From: Planctomycetota bacterium
GTDB lineage: Bacteria > Planctomycetota > UBA1135 > UBA2386
NCBI GenBank assembly: GCA_016794035.1
Contig: JAEUHS010000019.1
Location: 62,247-126,246 of the forward strand
DNA: 64,000 nt
Direction: 5' to 3'
The position numbers and the translations under genes were made by a program. Positions 1 through 9,305 of this stretch are shown here, piece by piece. The notes beneath the pieces are model-generated. The model did no database searches, was not told where the DNA came from, and worked only from the letters and a program-made list of their open reading frames with translations. Position 1 is the stretch's first letter; every line of letters begins with the position of its first letter.

Positions 1-186
1 CAGATGCTCTACGGGGTGCCGCGCGAGCGTTTCCTGGCCGACCTGCGCCGGCAGGGCATCACGGCCAGGCTCTACGTGCCGTTCGCGCTCGGCTGGGAGA
101 TGGCGATCGAGTACCTGCGCCGCCGCCTCGACGAGTACCCGGCGATGGTCTGGCTGGTGACCAAGAACCTGTTCGCCCGCCGCTGA
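1..186 (+). CDS. Proline dehydrogenase, C-terminal fragment (5' end outside window)
   Basis: The edge ORF ends ..MLYGVPRERF..RLYVPFALGW..YLRRRLDEYPAMVWLV. This matches the conserved C-terminal pattern of monofunctional proline dehydrogenases (LYG, YVP.G.W, RRL.E.P). Stop codon at 184-186. Confidence 0.6.
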   Translation, partial: QMLYGVPRERFLADLRRQGITARLYVPFALGWEMAIEYLRRRLDEYPAMVWLVTKNLFARR

Positions 187-191
187 AACCG

Positions 192-225
192 CCCCGGAAC
201 CGCCGCTGCCGGCCGCGTTCCGGGG
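192..225 (+). terminator. Stem-loop directly after the proline dehydrogenase stop codon
   Basis: Perfect 9-bp stem CCCCGGAAC (192-200) / GTTCCGGGG (217-225) with a 16-nt loop, 6 nt after the stop. No T-tract follows. Confidence 0.35.
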
Positions 226-294
226 GCGCCGCCGGCGGCAATTGCGGTACGACCGTGGCGGCGGATCGGGCGGCTGGCTATACTGCTCGCCCCC

Positions 295-618
295 ATGGAT
301 CCACTTGCCACCATTGTCGAGCGGCTTTGCGCCTGGAAAGACGTCAATCGCGAGAAGAAGGACGGGAAGGACAGCTTCTTCGTGCGCGGCCAGGTGTTCG
401 CCTACCTGGGCAAGAAGGGCGTCGTCGTCAAGCTGGCCCCGCCGCAGGTCACCGAGGCGCTGAAGATCCTCGGCGCCAAGCGCATGCCGGACGACGGCGA
501 CCCGCACTCGCGCGAGTTCGTCGAGATCCCGGTCACCGGGCCGCGGGAAGTCGAGCGCGCCATGATGTGGCTGCGCCGCGCCTGCCGCCTCGGCCGCACG
601 GCTGCGGGTCCCGTCTGA
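295..618 (+). CDS. Small hypothetical protein (107 aa)
   Basis: ATG ORF with protein-like composition (MDPLATIVERLCAWKDVNREKKDGKDSFFVRGQVFAYLGKKGVVVKL..). It is followed by a hairpin. I do not recognise the family with confidence; a TfoX-N/YjbR-like fold is only a guess. Confidence 0.6.
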   Translation: MDPLATIVERLCAWKDVNREKKDGKDSFFVRGQVFAYLGKKGVVVKLAPPQVTEALKILGAKRMPDDGDPHSREFVEIPVTGPREVERAMMWLRRACRLGRTAAGPV

Positions 619-641
619 TCGGGTCGCAGAGCGACCCGATC
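617..641 (+). terminator. Stem-loop overlapping the stop of 295..618
   Basis: Perfect 11-bp stem GATCGGGTCGC (617-627) / GCGACCCGATC (631-641) with loop AGA. It begins inside the TGA stop (616-618). No T-tract follows. Confidence 0.4.
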
Positions 642-663
642 TGACGGGTCACGCAGCCGATGT

Positions 664-955
664 TGCTGGGGCCGCCGCTACGCGGTGGCAGTACGCCGGC
701 GAATCCGAGCCGCCAGCAACCGCGGCGGCGGCCGAAGACCTGGCCACGGGCCCTCGGCTCCTGCTGGGGCACCGCTACGCGGTGGCACTACGCTGGCGCA
801 TGCGAGCCGCCAGCAACCGCGGCGGCGGCCGTGGACCTGGCCACGGGCCCTCGGCTCCTGCTGGGGCGCCGCTACGCGGTGGCAGTACGCCGGCGAATCC
901 GGGCCGCCAGCACCGCGGCGGCGGCCGAAGACCTGGCCACGGGCCCTCGGCTCCT
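664..955. repeat. Tandem repeat, 3 copies of a 97-bp unit, non-coding
   Basis: The anchor gctacgcggtggca occurs at 677, 774 and 871 (period 97). Copies 1 and 3 are nearly identical and copy 2 has a clustered divergent patch. Each unit has hairpin potential (GCCGCCGC-tac-GCGGTGGC). The repeat lies between two convergent genes. Confidence 0.9.
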
Positions 956-960
956 GACAG

Positions 961-1515
961 CTACTGCCTGGTCCAGGGCACGTCGGGCACGCCGGCGCGG
1001 TGGTTCTCGCGACGGGCCCAGCTGAAGAACAGGTCGGAGAGGCGGTTCAGGTAGACGCCGATCGCGGGCGGCACGTGCTGGGCCGGCGCCGTGCCGACGT
1101 CGCGCGACAGGTGCCAGAAGCGGCGCTCGGCGCGGCGCGCGACGGTGCGCAGCACGTGCAGCAGGGCGGCGCGGCGGCAGCCGCCCGGCAGCACGAACGA
1201 GTGCAGCGGCGCGAGCTCGCGTTCGGAGGCGTCGATCCAGCGCTCCATGCGTTCGATGGCGGGCTCGATGCGCGGCAGCGAGGCCTTGCCGCCCTCGGTC
1301 GCCAGGTCCGCGCCGAGTTCGAACAGTTCGTCCTGCACGACCTTCAGCTCGGTGTCGAACGGCGCCTCGAGTCCCTCGGCGCGCAACAGGCCGATCAGCG
1401 AGTTCAGTTCGTCGATCGTGCCGTAGGCCTCGATGCGCACATGGTCCTTCGGCACGCGGCGGTTGCCGAACAGACCGGTGTCGCCTTCGTCGCCGGTGCC
1501 GGTGTAGATGGGCAT
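961..1515 (-). CDS. ATP:cob(I)alamin adenosyltransferase, PduO type
   Basis: From the internal ATG at 1515 the protein reads MPIYTGTGDEGDTGLFGNRRVPKDHVRIEAYGTIDELNSLIG..FVLPGG..LHVLRTVARRAER. This is the typical N-terminal start and motif set of PduO-type adenosyltransferases. The 222-nt in-frame upstream extension in the ORF track is non-protein-like. Confidence 0.85.
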   Translation of the reverse strand: MPIYTGTGDEGDTGLFGNRRVPKDHVRIEAYGTIDELNSLIGLLRAEGLEAPFDTELKVVQDELFELGADLATEGGKASLPRIEPAIERMERWIDASERELAPLHSFVLPGGCRRAALLHVLRTVARRAERRFWHLSRDVGTAPAQHVPPAIGVYLNRLSDLFFSWARRENHRAGVPDVPWTRQ

Positions 1516-1550
1516 GGTCGTCGTTCTCGACGACGCGGGCGTCGGCCGCG

Positions 1551-1590
1551 AGGAGAAAATCCGGTCGGCGACCGAAGCCGCCGACCGGAT
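1551..1590 (-). promoter_or_regulatory. Intrinsic-terminator-like hairpin inside the 5' leader of the adenosyltransferase gene (candidate attenuator or riboswitch expression platform)
   Basis: On the minus strand: ATCCGGTCGGCGGC-TTCG-GTCGCCGACCGGAT, a 14-bp stem with one G.U and a UUCG loop, followed by TTTTCTCC. It lies about 36 nt upstream of the ATG at 1515. A second 7-bp hairpin GTCGTCG-AGAA-CGACGAC abuts the start codon (1517-1534). Confidence 0.45.
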
Positions 1591-1881
1591 CTCTGTTCCG
1601 TCCCTTCGGATCGGTTCCTTGAAAGCAACACCGACCCAGAACCGTTGGCTCAACGGCCCCTGGCGAGAGGAGCCGATAGCCGCCCAGGTCGCGGTTCGGG
1701 GCACGGAGCAGAGAGCTGTACGGACTGGCGCCGCCATCGGCGCGACTCGTCAGTATTGCCGGTCCGGCCGCCGAGGCAAGCGGGGGCGGCCAAGTTTCGT
1801 CGCCCCAGATTTTGGGCGAAGGCGTCCTGTGGCGCTGCAGGAACGGGCCGCATGCACGATACTGCGGCCCAGGAGTCCACC

Positions 1882-3423
1882 ATGCCCACCGCCACCCTGC
1901 TCCGTCTCACCCTGCTCTCCAGCCTGTTGGTTGCCACCCACTTGCGCGCGCAAGCCCTGGAACTCGACGTCACCGGCGGGTCCTTGCCCGGGGTCGTGGT
2001 CGCGGACGCGTATCCCGGCGTGGTGCCGAACGACATCGTGCTGATCGTGCCGTCGCTGACGACCGGCCCGACCCCGTTGGCCTGGGCCGACCCGGTCGAT
2101 CCGCGCGTGCTCGACGTCGGGCTTGAACTGAACACCATCTGGGGCGGCTACGCCGGCGTCGGCGGCCACTTCACCTTCAACCTGCCGCTCGGGTTCGATC
2201 CGACGCTGGTCGACCTGCCGCTCTACTTCCAGTCGCTGACCGTGGTGTGGACGCCGACGCTGTTCGGCCGCGTCAGCAACCCGAACGTGATCCGCTTCGC
2301 CGCCGCCGCCGCCTTCCGCGATCGTCAGGTGACCTCGTTCAACGAACGTGCGTTCGCCACCGTGATCCCGCGCGCCGATCGCAAGTGGCTGCTCGCCGGC
2401 GGCGGGCGCGGACTGCTGCTGGCGCAGGTCGCGGATCAGACCACCGAGATCTACGACCCGCTCACCGACAGCTTCGCCTACGGGCCGGTGATGACGACGC
2501 CGCGCTCGATCCACACGGCCACGCAGCTGCCGAGCGGTCGCTGGCTGCTGGCCGGCGGCGTCGGTCCCAACAACGATCCGCAGGCGCTGTGTGAGATCTA
2601 CGACCCGGTGCTCGACACGTTCACCGCGTCGGCGCCGATGTCGATCCCGCGCATGGGGCACACGGCGACGCTGCTGCCGAACGGCAAGGTGTTCGTCGCC
2701 GGCGGTCTGCGCGCGCTGACGGTGACGCCGACGCAGCTGTCGGCGGTGCACGATGCGACCAACCTGACCGAGATCTACGACCCCGTGACCGACACCTGGA
2801 CCCCGGGGCCGAATCTGACGACGCCGCGCGCGGGCCACATGGCGGTGCTGCGCCCCAACGGCACCGTGATGCTCGCCGGCGGCATCAGCTGGGACACGGT
2901 GATCATCGTCGGCTGGCTGCCGACGGTGCGGAGGTCGTGCGATCTCTACGACCCGGTCGGCGGCACGATCGCGGCCGCGCCGCAGATGACACGGGCGCGG
3001 TCGCTGATCGATCCGGTCCCGCTCGGCAACGACCGCTGGCTGCTGGCCGGTGGCATCGGCGGCCTGACCCTGACCAACCTCGGCACGCCGACCAACACCG
3101 CCGAGATCTACGACGCGGTCGCCAACACCTGGACCGCGGTCGGCCCCATGGCGACCGCGCGCGGCAACCACAAGGCGTGGGCGCTCGGCGGCGGCCAGTT
3201 CCTGTTCACCGGCGGCGCCGACGGCACCATCATCAATCCGGTGTCGCTGGCGACGACCGAGATCTTCTCGATCGCGACCAACACGTTCTCGGCCGGGCCG
3301 GCGATGAACTTCGCCCGCGCCGGCGCGGCGGCGTTCGCGACGCCGCAGGGCCAGGTGCAGCTGTTCGGCGGCGCCACCACCGGTGGTTCGATCACCAACA
3401 CGACCGAGTGGTACTACTTCTGA
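1882..3423 (+). CDS. Secreted Kelch-repeat beta-propeller protein
   Basis: AGGAG lies 6 nt upstream of the ATG at 1882. Signal peptide MPTATLLRLTLLSSLLVATHLRAQA. Kelch-type units recur (PRxxHTATLLPNGKVFVAGG, PRAGHMAVLRPNGTVMLAGG, ARGNHKAWALGGGQFLFTGG). Confidence 0.75.
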   Translation: MPTATLLRLTLLSSLLVATHLRAQALELDVTGGSLPGVVVADAYPGVVPNDIVLIVPSLTTGPTPLAWADPVDPRVLDVGLELNTIWGGYAGVGGHFTFNLPLGFDPTLVDLPLYFQSLTVVWTPTLFGRVSNPNVIRFAAAAAFRDRQVTSFNERAFATVIPRADRKWLLAGGGRGLLLAQVADQTTEIYDPLTDSFAYGPVMTTPRSIHTATQLPSGRWLLAGGVGPNNDPQALCEIYDPVLDTFTASAPMSIPRMGHTATLLPNGKVFVAGGLRALTVTPTQLSAVHDATNLTEIYDPVTDTWTPGPNLTTPRAGHMAVLRPNGTVMLAGGISWDTVIIVGWLPTVRRSCDLYDPVGGTIAAAPQMTRARSLIDPVPLGNDRWLLAGGIGGLTLTNLGTPTNTAEIYDAVANTWTAVGPMATARGNHKAWALGGGQFLFTGGADGTIINPVSLATTEIFSIATNTFSAGPAMNFARAGAAAFATPQGQVQLFGGATTGGSITNTTEWYYF

Positions 3424-3437
3424 ACCACGGCCATCCG

Positions 3438-4172
3438 TTGTTGACGCGCCTCGGCGCCCGGGTGCGCGCGCTGCGCAACGCGCGCGATTGGAGTCGCCGC
3501 GATCTCGCGCGGCGCACCGGCATCAGCGAGCGCTTCCTCGCCGACGTCGAGGCCGGGACCGCCAACCCGTCGCTGCTGCGGCTGGCGACGCTGGCGGAGG
3601 TGTTCGAGATCGAACTGGTCGACCTGCTCGCCGGCAGCGGCCTGGTCGGCACCCGGCCGCACGTCGCGCTGCTCGGGCTGCGCGGCGCCGGCAAGAGCAC
3701 GGTCGGCCCGCTGCTGGCCCAGCGCCTCGGCTGCCCGTTCGTCGAACTGGACGCCTGCATCGAGGCGTCGACCGGCCTGCGGCTCGGCGAGATCTTCCAG
3801 CTGCACGGCGAGTCCTACTATCGCGACACCGAACGCGCGGCGCTGGTGCGGCAACTCGCCGGCGAACCGTGCGTGCTCGCGGTGGGCGGCGGCATCGTCA
3901 CCGATCCGCAGAGCTTCACCCTGCTGCGCCGCGGCGCGCGCACGGTGTGGCTGCGCGCGGCGCCCGAGGACCACTGGCAGCGCGTGATCCAGCAGGGCGA
4001 CCTGCGGCCGATGGCGGACAACGAGCAGGCGTTCGCCGATCTGCGCCGCATCCTCGCCGAGCGCGAGGCGCTCTACCGGCAGGCGGACGTGGTCGTCGAC
4101 ACGTCGACGCACACGCTGGAGCAGGTCGTCGACGCGGTGCACGGCGGCCTCGCCGGCGCGCCGTCGACCTGA
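3438..4172 (+). CDS. aroK: Fusion of an XRE-type HTH domain and shikimate kinase
   Basis: N-terminal part: LGARVRALRNARDWSRRDLARRTGISERFLADVEAGTANPSLLRLATLAEVF (XRE HTH). C-terminal part: VALLGLRGAGKSTVGPLLAQRLGCPFVELD..YYRDTERAAL..LAVGGG (P-loop shikimate kinase). There is no in-frame ATG, so I place the start at TTG 3438 (or 3441), just after the Kelch gene stop. Confidence 0.75.
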   Translation: MLTRLGARVRALRNARDWSRRDLARRTGISERFLADVEAGTANPSLLRLATLAEVFEIELVDLLAGSGLVGTRPHVALLGLRGAGKSTVGPLLAQRLGCPFVELDACIEASTGLRLGEIFQLHGESYYRDTERAALVRQLAGEPCVLAVGGGIVTDPQSFTLLRRGARTVWLRAAPEDHWQRVIQQGDLRPMADNEQAFADLRRILAEREALYRQADVVVDTSTHTLEQVVDAVHGGLAGAPST

Positions 4173-4182
4173 GCGCGGCGGC

Positions 4183-4581
4183 TCAGAGGTCGCTCGGCAG
4201 CTGATCGGGCACGGCGCCGTCCTTGCCGTCGGGCCGCACCAGCACCAGGATCGCGCCATACGGCACCACGAGGAACTGCTCGTCCTCGAACGTGATCTCG
4301 ATCGCGGCCTTGCGGAAGAACAGCGCGTAGTCGCCGAGCTGCACCTGCATCGGCAGGAAGCGCGGCGCGCGATAGTCCTGCTGCCACGGCTCCTGCTGTT
4401 CGTGCGGCGGTGGCAGCGGCTGGCCGGGGCCGATCGCCACGATCGAGCCGCCGCGCACGTCTTCCTTCTCCTGCACGGATGCGGGCAGGTAGAGGCCGAC
4501 CTTGGTCATGGTCTCGCCCTTCTCGGGGCGCACGAGCACCCGGTCGCCGACGACGAGCAGCCGCTTGTTGCCTCGCTTCAT
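4183..4581 (-). CDS. GroES/Cpn10-family protein with internal insertion (132 aa)
   Basis: From the ATG at 4581 the protein reads MKRGNKRLLVVGDRVLVRPEKGETMTKVGLYLPASVQEKEDVRGGSIVAIGPG...VQLGDYALFF..FLVVPYGAILVLV. This follows the GroES pattern, with an extra Pro/Gln-rich segment. No groEL is adjacent. Confidence 0.65.
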   Translation of the reverse strand: MKRGNKRLLVVGDRVLVRPEKGETMTKVGLYLPASVQEKEDVRGGSIVAIGPGQPLPPPHEQQEPWQQDYRAPRFLPMQVQLGDYALFFRKAAIEITFEDEQFLVVPYGAILVLVRPDGKDGAVPDQLPSDL

Positions 4582-4656
4582 GGAGATGTCGGCGCGAGGA
4601 TACGCGATCGACCGCGCGTGCGCATCCCGACGCCGCGCGGCATCGAACCGCTGCCC

Positions 4657-6123
<1,467 letters not shown>

Positions 6124-6178
6124 GGCGCGGCGGGAACCCACCTGCCCGGGTGCCCCAGGAGTCGCTGCTGACCACGTC

Positions 6179-6210
6179 CGGCGCCGGCGGGCGACCGACA
6201 CCCGGCGCCG
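6179..6210. terminator. Stem-loop between the convergent photolyase gene and tRNA-Arg
   Basis: 9-bp perfect stem CGGCGCCGG (6179-6187) / CCGGCGCCG (6202-6210) with a 14-nt loop. GC-rich hairpins are common in this DNA, so confidence is low. Confidence 0.3.
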
Positions 6211-6224
6211 CAGGCGCCGAATGC

Positions 6225-6301
6225 TGGTACGCCCGACAGGAGTCGAACCTGTGACCCCCGCTTTAGGAAAGCGGTGCTCTATCCAACTGAGCTACGGGCG
6301 C
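6225..6301 (-). tRNA. tRNA-Arg (anticodon CCT)
   Basis: The reverse complement folds as a 77-nt cloverleaf: GCGCCCG TA GCTC AGTTGGATA GAGC A CCGCT TTCCTAA AGCGG GGGTC ACAGG TTCGACT CCTGT CGGGCGT A CCA. The anticodon loop is TT-CCT-AA, the T-loop is GTTCGA, and CCA is encoded. Confidence 0.93.
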
Positions 6302-6384
6302 TCGCTCGCGGCGACTCTAGCGACGAGGCATGCCCGGGCAAGCCGCATGGCGCGACCGGCCCCGGCGGCGGTGCCGGCACGGAC

Positions 6385-7818
6385 CTACCAGCGGATGGTG
6401 GCGCTCGCGTAGAGGAAGCTGCCCGATGGCAGCCCGGCACGCTCGAGCACGTCACCGGCTGCCAGGCGTTCGCAGCCCACGGACACCGTCACGTTGTCGG
6501 TGGCAGACCAAGACCACGCGGCACGCAGCAGCGTGCCGATGCCACGGCCGGCGACGGCCTGCGTGCCCGGATACGCGCGCATGCCGCCGGCGTAGGCGGC
6601 GTCGTGCGACGAGAGCCGACGTGCGAACCCACATTCGAGCGCGAACTCGCTCGAAGGTGTCGGCGACACCGACAGCCCGGGCGCGACCAGCAGCAGATTG
6701 CTGAGGCTCAGCAGGCGGCCTTCGCCGAGGTAACTGGAACTCGCGTAGAGCTGGTGGAAGTTCCGCACCGTACCGGCCTCGTAGCTGCCGCCGCCGGAGG
6801 CCAGATCGACGTGCGACGTCAGGCGCGGCCGCCAGCCGTCGTTGGCGACGGCGAGGCTCTGTGCAGCGAACACGGCCCACGCTTCCACGTCGCGTTCGCC
6901 GTGCGTGCCGGTCTGGCGGGCGAGGGTCGAGTCCCACTGCCAGGCGCCGCCACGTCCCCAGAAGCGCGCGCCGTAGGTGTCGCGGCGATCGAGACCGACG
7001 TCGTCGCCGACCCGGAAGTCAGGATCCTCGCTGTGGTACCAGAAGGGATCCAGGTAGGCGGTCGATGCCGTGGTCGCCGCCAGCACCATGCCCCCGGCCA
7101 GCCCCTGCAGTCGGTCCGCGTGGTCGACCTCCTCGTCGAAGGCGCCGCGCTGCAGATGTGTGGCGCGCAGGTCGAACGCACCGAGGCGACAGCTCGCGCC
7201 ATGCACGTAGAGGCGGACCCCGTTCCAGGTCCGATGCAGATTGGGGCCATCGCCGAGGCTGACGAGTTGTCGCGGACCATCGGCGAACTCCTGGCGGCCG
7301 ACCATGGCGCCGAGCAGGACGGCGCCGGCGCGACTGCGCAGGTCGACGAACAGTTGCTGCAGCGAGGCGTCGTTCTGGAAGTTCGCGGGCGCGCTCGCGG
7401 CACGCCCGTCGACCTGGCCCGTGGCAACCTCGCCGTAGACACGAAGGCGCGGGTCGAGCCGCAGGTCGGCACCGAGCACGCCGCGGAACAGGCCCTCGTC
7501 GAGACGCTCGCCGGGCCGTGGCATCACATGGTCGTAGACGTTGCCGCGCAGGCGACTCTCCGCGCTGACGCTCAGTGTCGCACCGCCGCCGAGCGGCATC
7601 GCCTTCAGCGGCGGCGCGGTGCCCGTGGCGCGCGCGGCCGCCCAGTCTTCCGCCCAGCGACTGACGCGGTAGCGGTGGCCGGCCCGCGGGCCGAAGCCGT
7701 CCGCGTTGGCGGGATACGGATCGGCGGGCGTCGGCGTCGCCTGGCAGGCGCCGAGTGCCGCCACGGCGACGACGCCGACCGTCGCGGCCGCCAGTCGGCC
7801 GGACCTCATCCTCGGCAT
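6385..7818 (-). CDS. Alginate-export-family outer-membrane beta-barrel lipoprotein
   Basis: From the ATG at 7818: MPRMRSGRLAAATVGVVAVAALGAC (lipobox). The segment LQQLFVDLRS..MVGRQEFADGPRQLVSLGDGPNLHRTWNGVRLYV matches the alginate_exp-type pattern. The protein shows alternating beta-strand character and ends in an aromatic residue (..ATIRW). Confidence 0.65.
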   Translation of the reverse strand: MPRMRSGRLAAATVGVVAVAALGACQATPTPADPYPANADGFGPRAGHRYRVSRWAEDWAAARATGTAPPLKAMPLGGGATLSVSAESRLRGNVYDHVMPRPGERLDEGLFRGVLGADLRLDPRLRVYGEVATGQVDGRAASAPANFQNDASLQQLFVDLRSRAGAVLLGAMVGRQEFADGPRQLVSLGDGPNLHRTWNGVRLYVHGASCRLGAFDLRATHLQRGAFDEEVDHADRLQGLAGGMVLAATTASTAYLDPFWYHSEDPDFRVGDDVGLDRRDTYGARFWGRGGAWQWDSTLARQTGTHGERDVEAWAVFAAQSLAVANDGWRPRLTSHVDLASGGGSYEAGTVRNFHQLYASSSYLGEGRLLSLSNLLLVAPGLSVSPTPSSEFALECGFARRLSSHDAAYAGGMRAYPGTQAVAGRGIGTLLRAAWSWSATDNVTVSVGCERLAAGDVLERAGLPSGSFLYASATIRW

Positions 7819-9305
7819 GGTGGTGTTGCCGATCCAGTGCGTTCGGCAGCGCGGCGCAGCGAGGCGCCGCGGCCGCGGCTGCCGACGCCGAGTGCCACGA
7901 CGACCAGCAGGGTCGCTACCGCGAACGTGGCCTGCATGCCCGCCACGGCCTCGGCGGGCCGCGCCTGCGTGACGTCCTGTGCCCCGGTGCCGATCGCGAA
8001 CACGGCACCCAGGAACGAGGCGCCGGTGATCAGCCCGAGATTGCGCGCCAGGTTCAACAGCGCGGACGCGACGCCGCGCTGGTCGGGGGCGACGTTCGCC
8101 ATGACCCCCGTGTTGTTCGCCGCCTGGAACAGCGCGTAGCAGGCCGTGATCGCGACCAGCGGGACCACGTAGCCGAACGGACCGCCCCAGTCCGGTAGCA
8201 GCGCGATCGCGGCAGTTCCGAGCACCATGCCGCCGAGGCCGAGCAGGGTCATCGTCGACGAGCCGAGCCGATCGACCAGGCGACCCGCGGGCACACCGGT
8301 CAGCGCCGACACCAGCGGTCCCACCGACATCACGAGGCCGACGCGCGCGGCATCGAGCGCGAGCGCGCGCGACAGGTAGAACGGGCCGACGACCAGCGTC
8401 GCCATCACCACCGTGGACACGAGCATGCTCATGACCATGGCGCGGCTCAGCTGCGCGTCGCGGAAGGCGGACAGGCGGATCAGCGGCGAGGCGGCCCGAT
8501 GCTGCGCCCACACGAACAGTGCCAGGCCGACGAGCGCCGCCAGCAGCAGGCCCGTGCCGAGCGACCCGAAGCTGCCGCGGCCGGTCGTCATCGCCAGCGC
8601 GTAGGCGCCGAGGGTCCATGCCAGCAGCAACGTCCCGGGCACGTCGAGCCGACCGGGTCCGCGCACGCGCGACGGCGTCTCGGCGGGCAGGTGACGCAGC
8701 ACCAGCACGAGGCTGAGCAGGCCCAGTGGCACGTTCAGCAGGAAGATGGCGCGCCAGCCGGCGAGCGCGATCAGCGCGCCGCCGAGCGACGGGCCGAGCG
8801 CCGTGCCGACGGCGGACATCGTGCCCAGCAGTCCCATGGCGCTGCCGGTCCGATCCTTGGGCACCGCTTCGCCGATCAGCGCCATGGTCAGCGTGACCAT
8901 GACCGCCGCGCCCAGGCCTTGTGCCGACCGCGCGACGATCAGCACCCAGAGGGTGGGTGCGGCACCGGCGACCGCGGCTGCACCGGTGAACAGCAGGATC
9001 CCCAGGAGCAACAGGCGGCGGCGGCCGAAGGTGTCGCCGAGACGACCGACGGTCACCAGCAGCGTGGTGCTGGCGAGCAGGTAGGCGAGCACGATCCACT
9101 GCGCGGCCGCGAACGAGGCCGCGAACTCGCTGGCCAGCGTCGGCAAGGCGACACTCGCGATGCTGGTGCCGAGCGACGACAGCAGCATCGACATCGACAG
9201 GCCGGCGATGGCCCAGCGGGGCGAGGGCGGTCGGCTTCCGGCCGGTGGGCTCGCGGCGGACTCGGGTCTCGGGGGCAGGACGCGTCGGTGTTGGCGCAGT
9301 TGCAT
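7806..9305 (-). CDS. MFS transporter (DHA2/EmrB-like drug:H+ antiporter family)
   Basis: From the ATG at 9305 the protein has many TM helices and MFS motifs (LGRLGDTFGRRRLLLLG, GLGAAVM, LGPSLGGAL). It overlaps the downstream outer-membrane gene start by 13 nt. Confidence 0.8.
   Translation of the reverse strand: MQLRQHRRVLPPRPESAASPPAGSRPPSPRWAIAGLSMSMLLSSLGTSIASVALPTLASEFAASFAAAQWIVLAYLLASTTLLVTVGRLGDTFGRRRLLLLGILLFTGAAAVAGAAPTLWVLIVARSAQGLGAAVMVTLTMALIGEAVPKDRTGSAMGLLGTMSAVGTALGPSLGGALIALAGWRAIFLLNVPLGLLSLVLVLRHLPAETPSRVRGPGRLDVPGTLLLAWTLGAYALAMTTGRGSFGSLGTGLLLAALVGLALFVWAQHRAASPLIRLSAFRDAQLSRAMVMSMLVSTVVMATLVVGPFYLSRALALDAARVGLVMSVGPLVSALTGVPAGRLVDRLGSSTMTLLGLGGMVLGTAAIALLPDWGGPFGYVVPLVAITACYALFQAANNTGVMANVAPDQRGVASALLNLARNLGLITGASFLGAVFAIGTGAQDVTQARPAEAVAGMQATFAVATLLVVVALGVGSRGRGASLRRAAERTGSATPPCRG

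Noticed and set aside
242-284. A sigma-70-like promoter (TTGCGG ... TATACT) upstream of 295..618.
   Set aside because: The spacing between the -35-like and -10-like hexamers is about 31 nt, far from the 16-19 nt optimum. Only TATACT (279-284) looks promoter-like, which is not enough to annotate.
617-641. An 11-mer (gcgacccgatc) shared between the hairpin at 631-641 and the hairpin near 57760, which could indicate a dispersed element.
   Set aside because: A single short GC-rich match in 64 kb read on both strands is within chance expectation. The flanking sequence is not similar.
664-955. A possible CRISPR array or protein-coding repeat at the 97-bp tandem repeat.
   Set aside because: The units abut directly with no unique spacers, and no cas genes are present. 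The 97-bp period is not divisible by 3, so the repeated peptides in the ORF track come from frame rotation. I retained it as a non-coding repeat.
961-1737. N-terminal extensions of several true genes as given in the ORF track: 961..1737, 4183..5514, 6385..9099, 7806..10442, 8499..10322, 10246..12261, 15220..17973, 53354..55258, 53519..56122 and 58886..63025.
   Set aside because: The upstream in-frame parts are low-complexity, overlap neighbouring genes, and precede the positions where the protein families normally begin or where a signal peptide starts. I trimmed the starts accordingly. ORF 58886..63025 is actually dabA plus an out-of-frame read-through over dabB.
1516-1760. A cobalamin (AdoCbl) riboswitch upstream of the cobalamin adenosyltransferase gene.
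   Set aside because: I could not find the conserved core (GGGAA..GGTG..CC, CCCGCCACTGT) or a convincing B12 box (AGxCAGGAGACCTGCC). The nearest string, acagagatccggtcggc, is a poor match. I report it only as a terminator-bearing leader of unknown class. A cmsearch with RF00174 would settle the question.
6124-6384. A genomic island or integration site at the tRNA-Arg(CCT) gene.
   Set aside because: No integrase, no phage or transposon genes, and no direct repeat of the tRNA 3' end that I could see. The flanking genes (photolyase, outer-membrane protein) look like ordinary chromosome.
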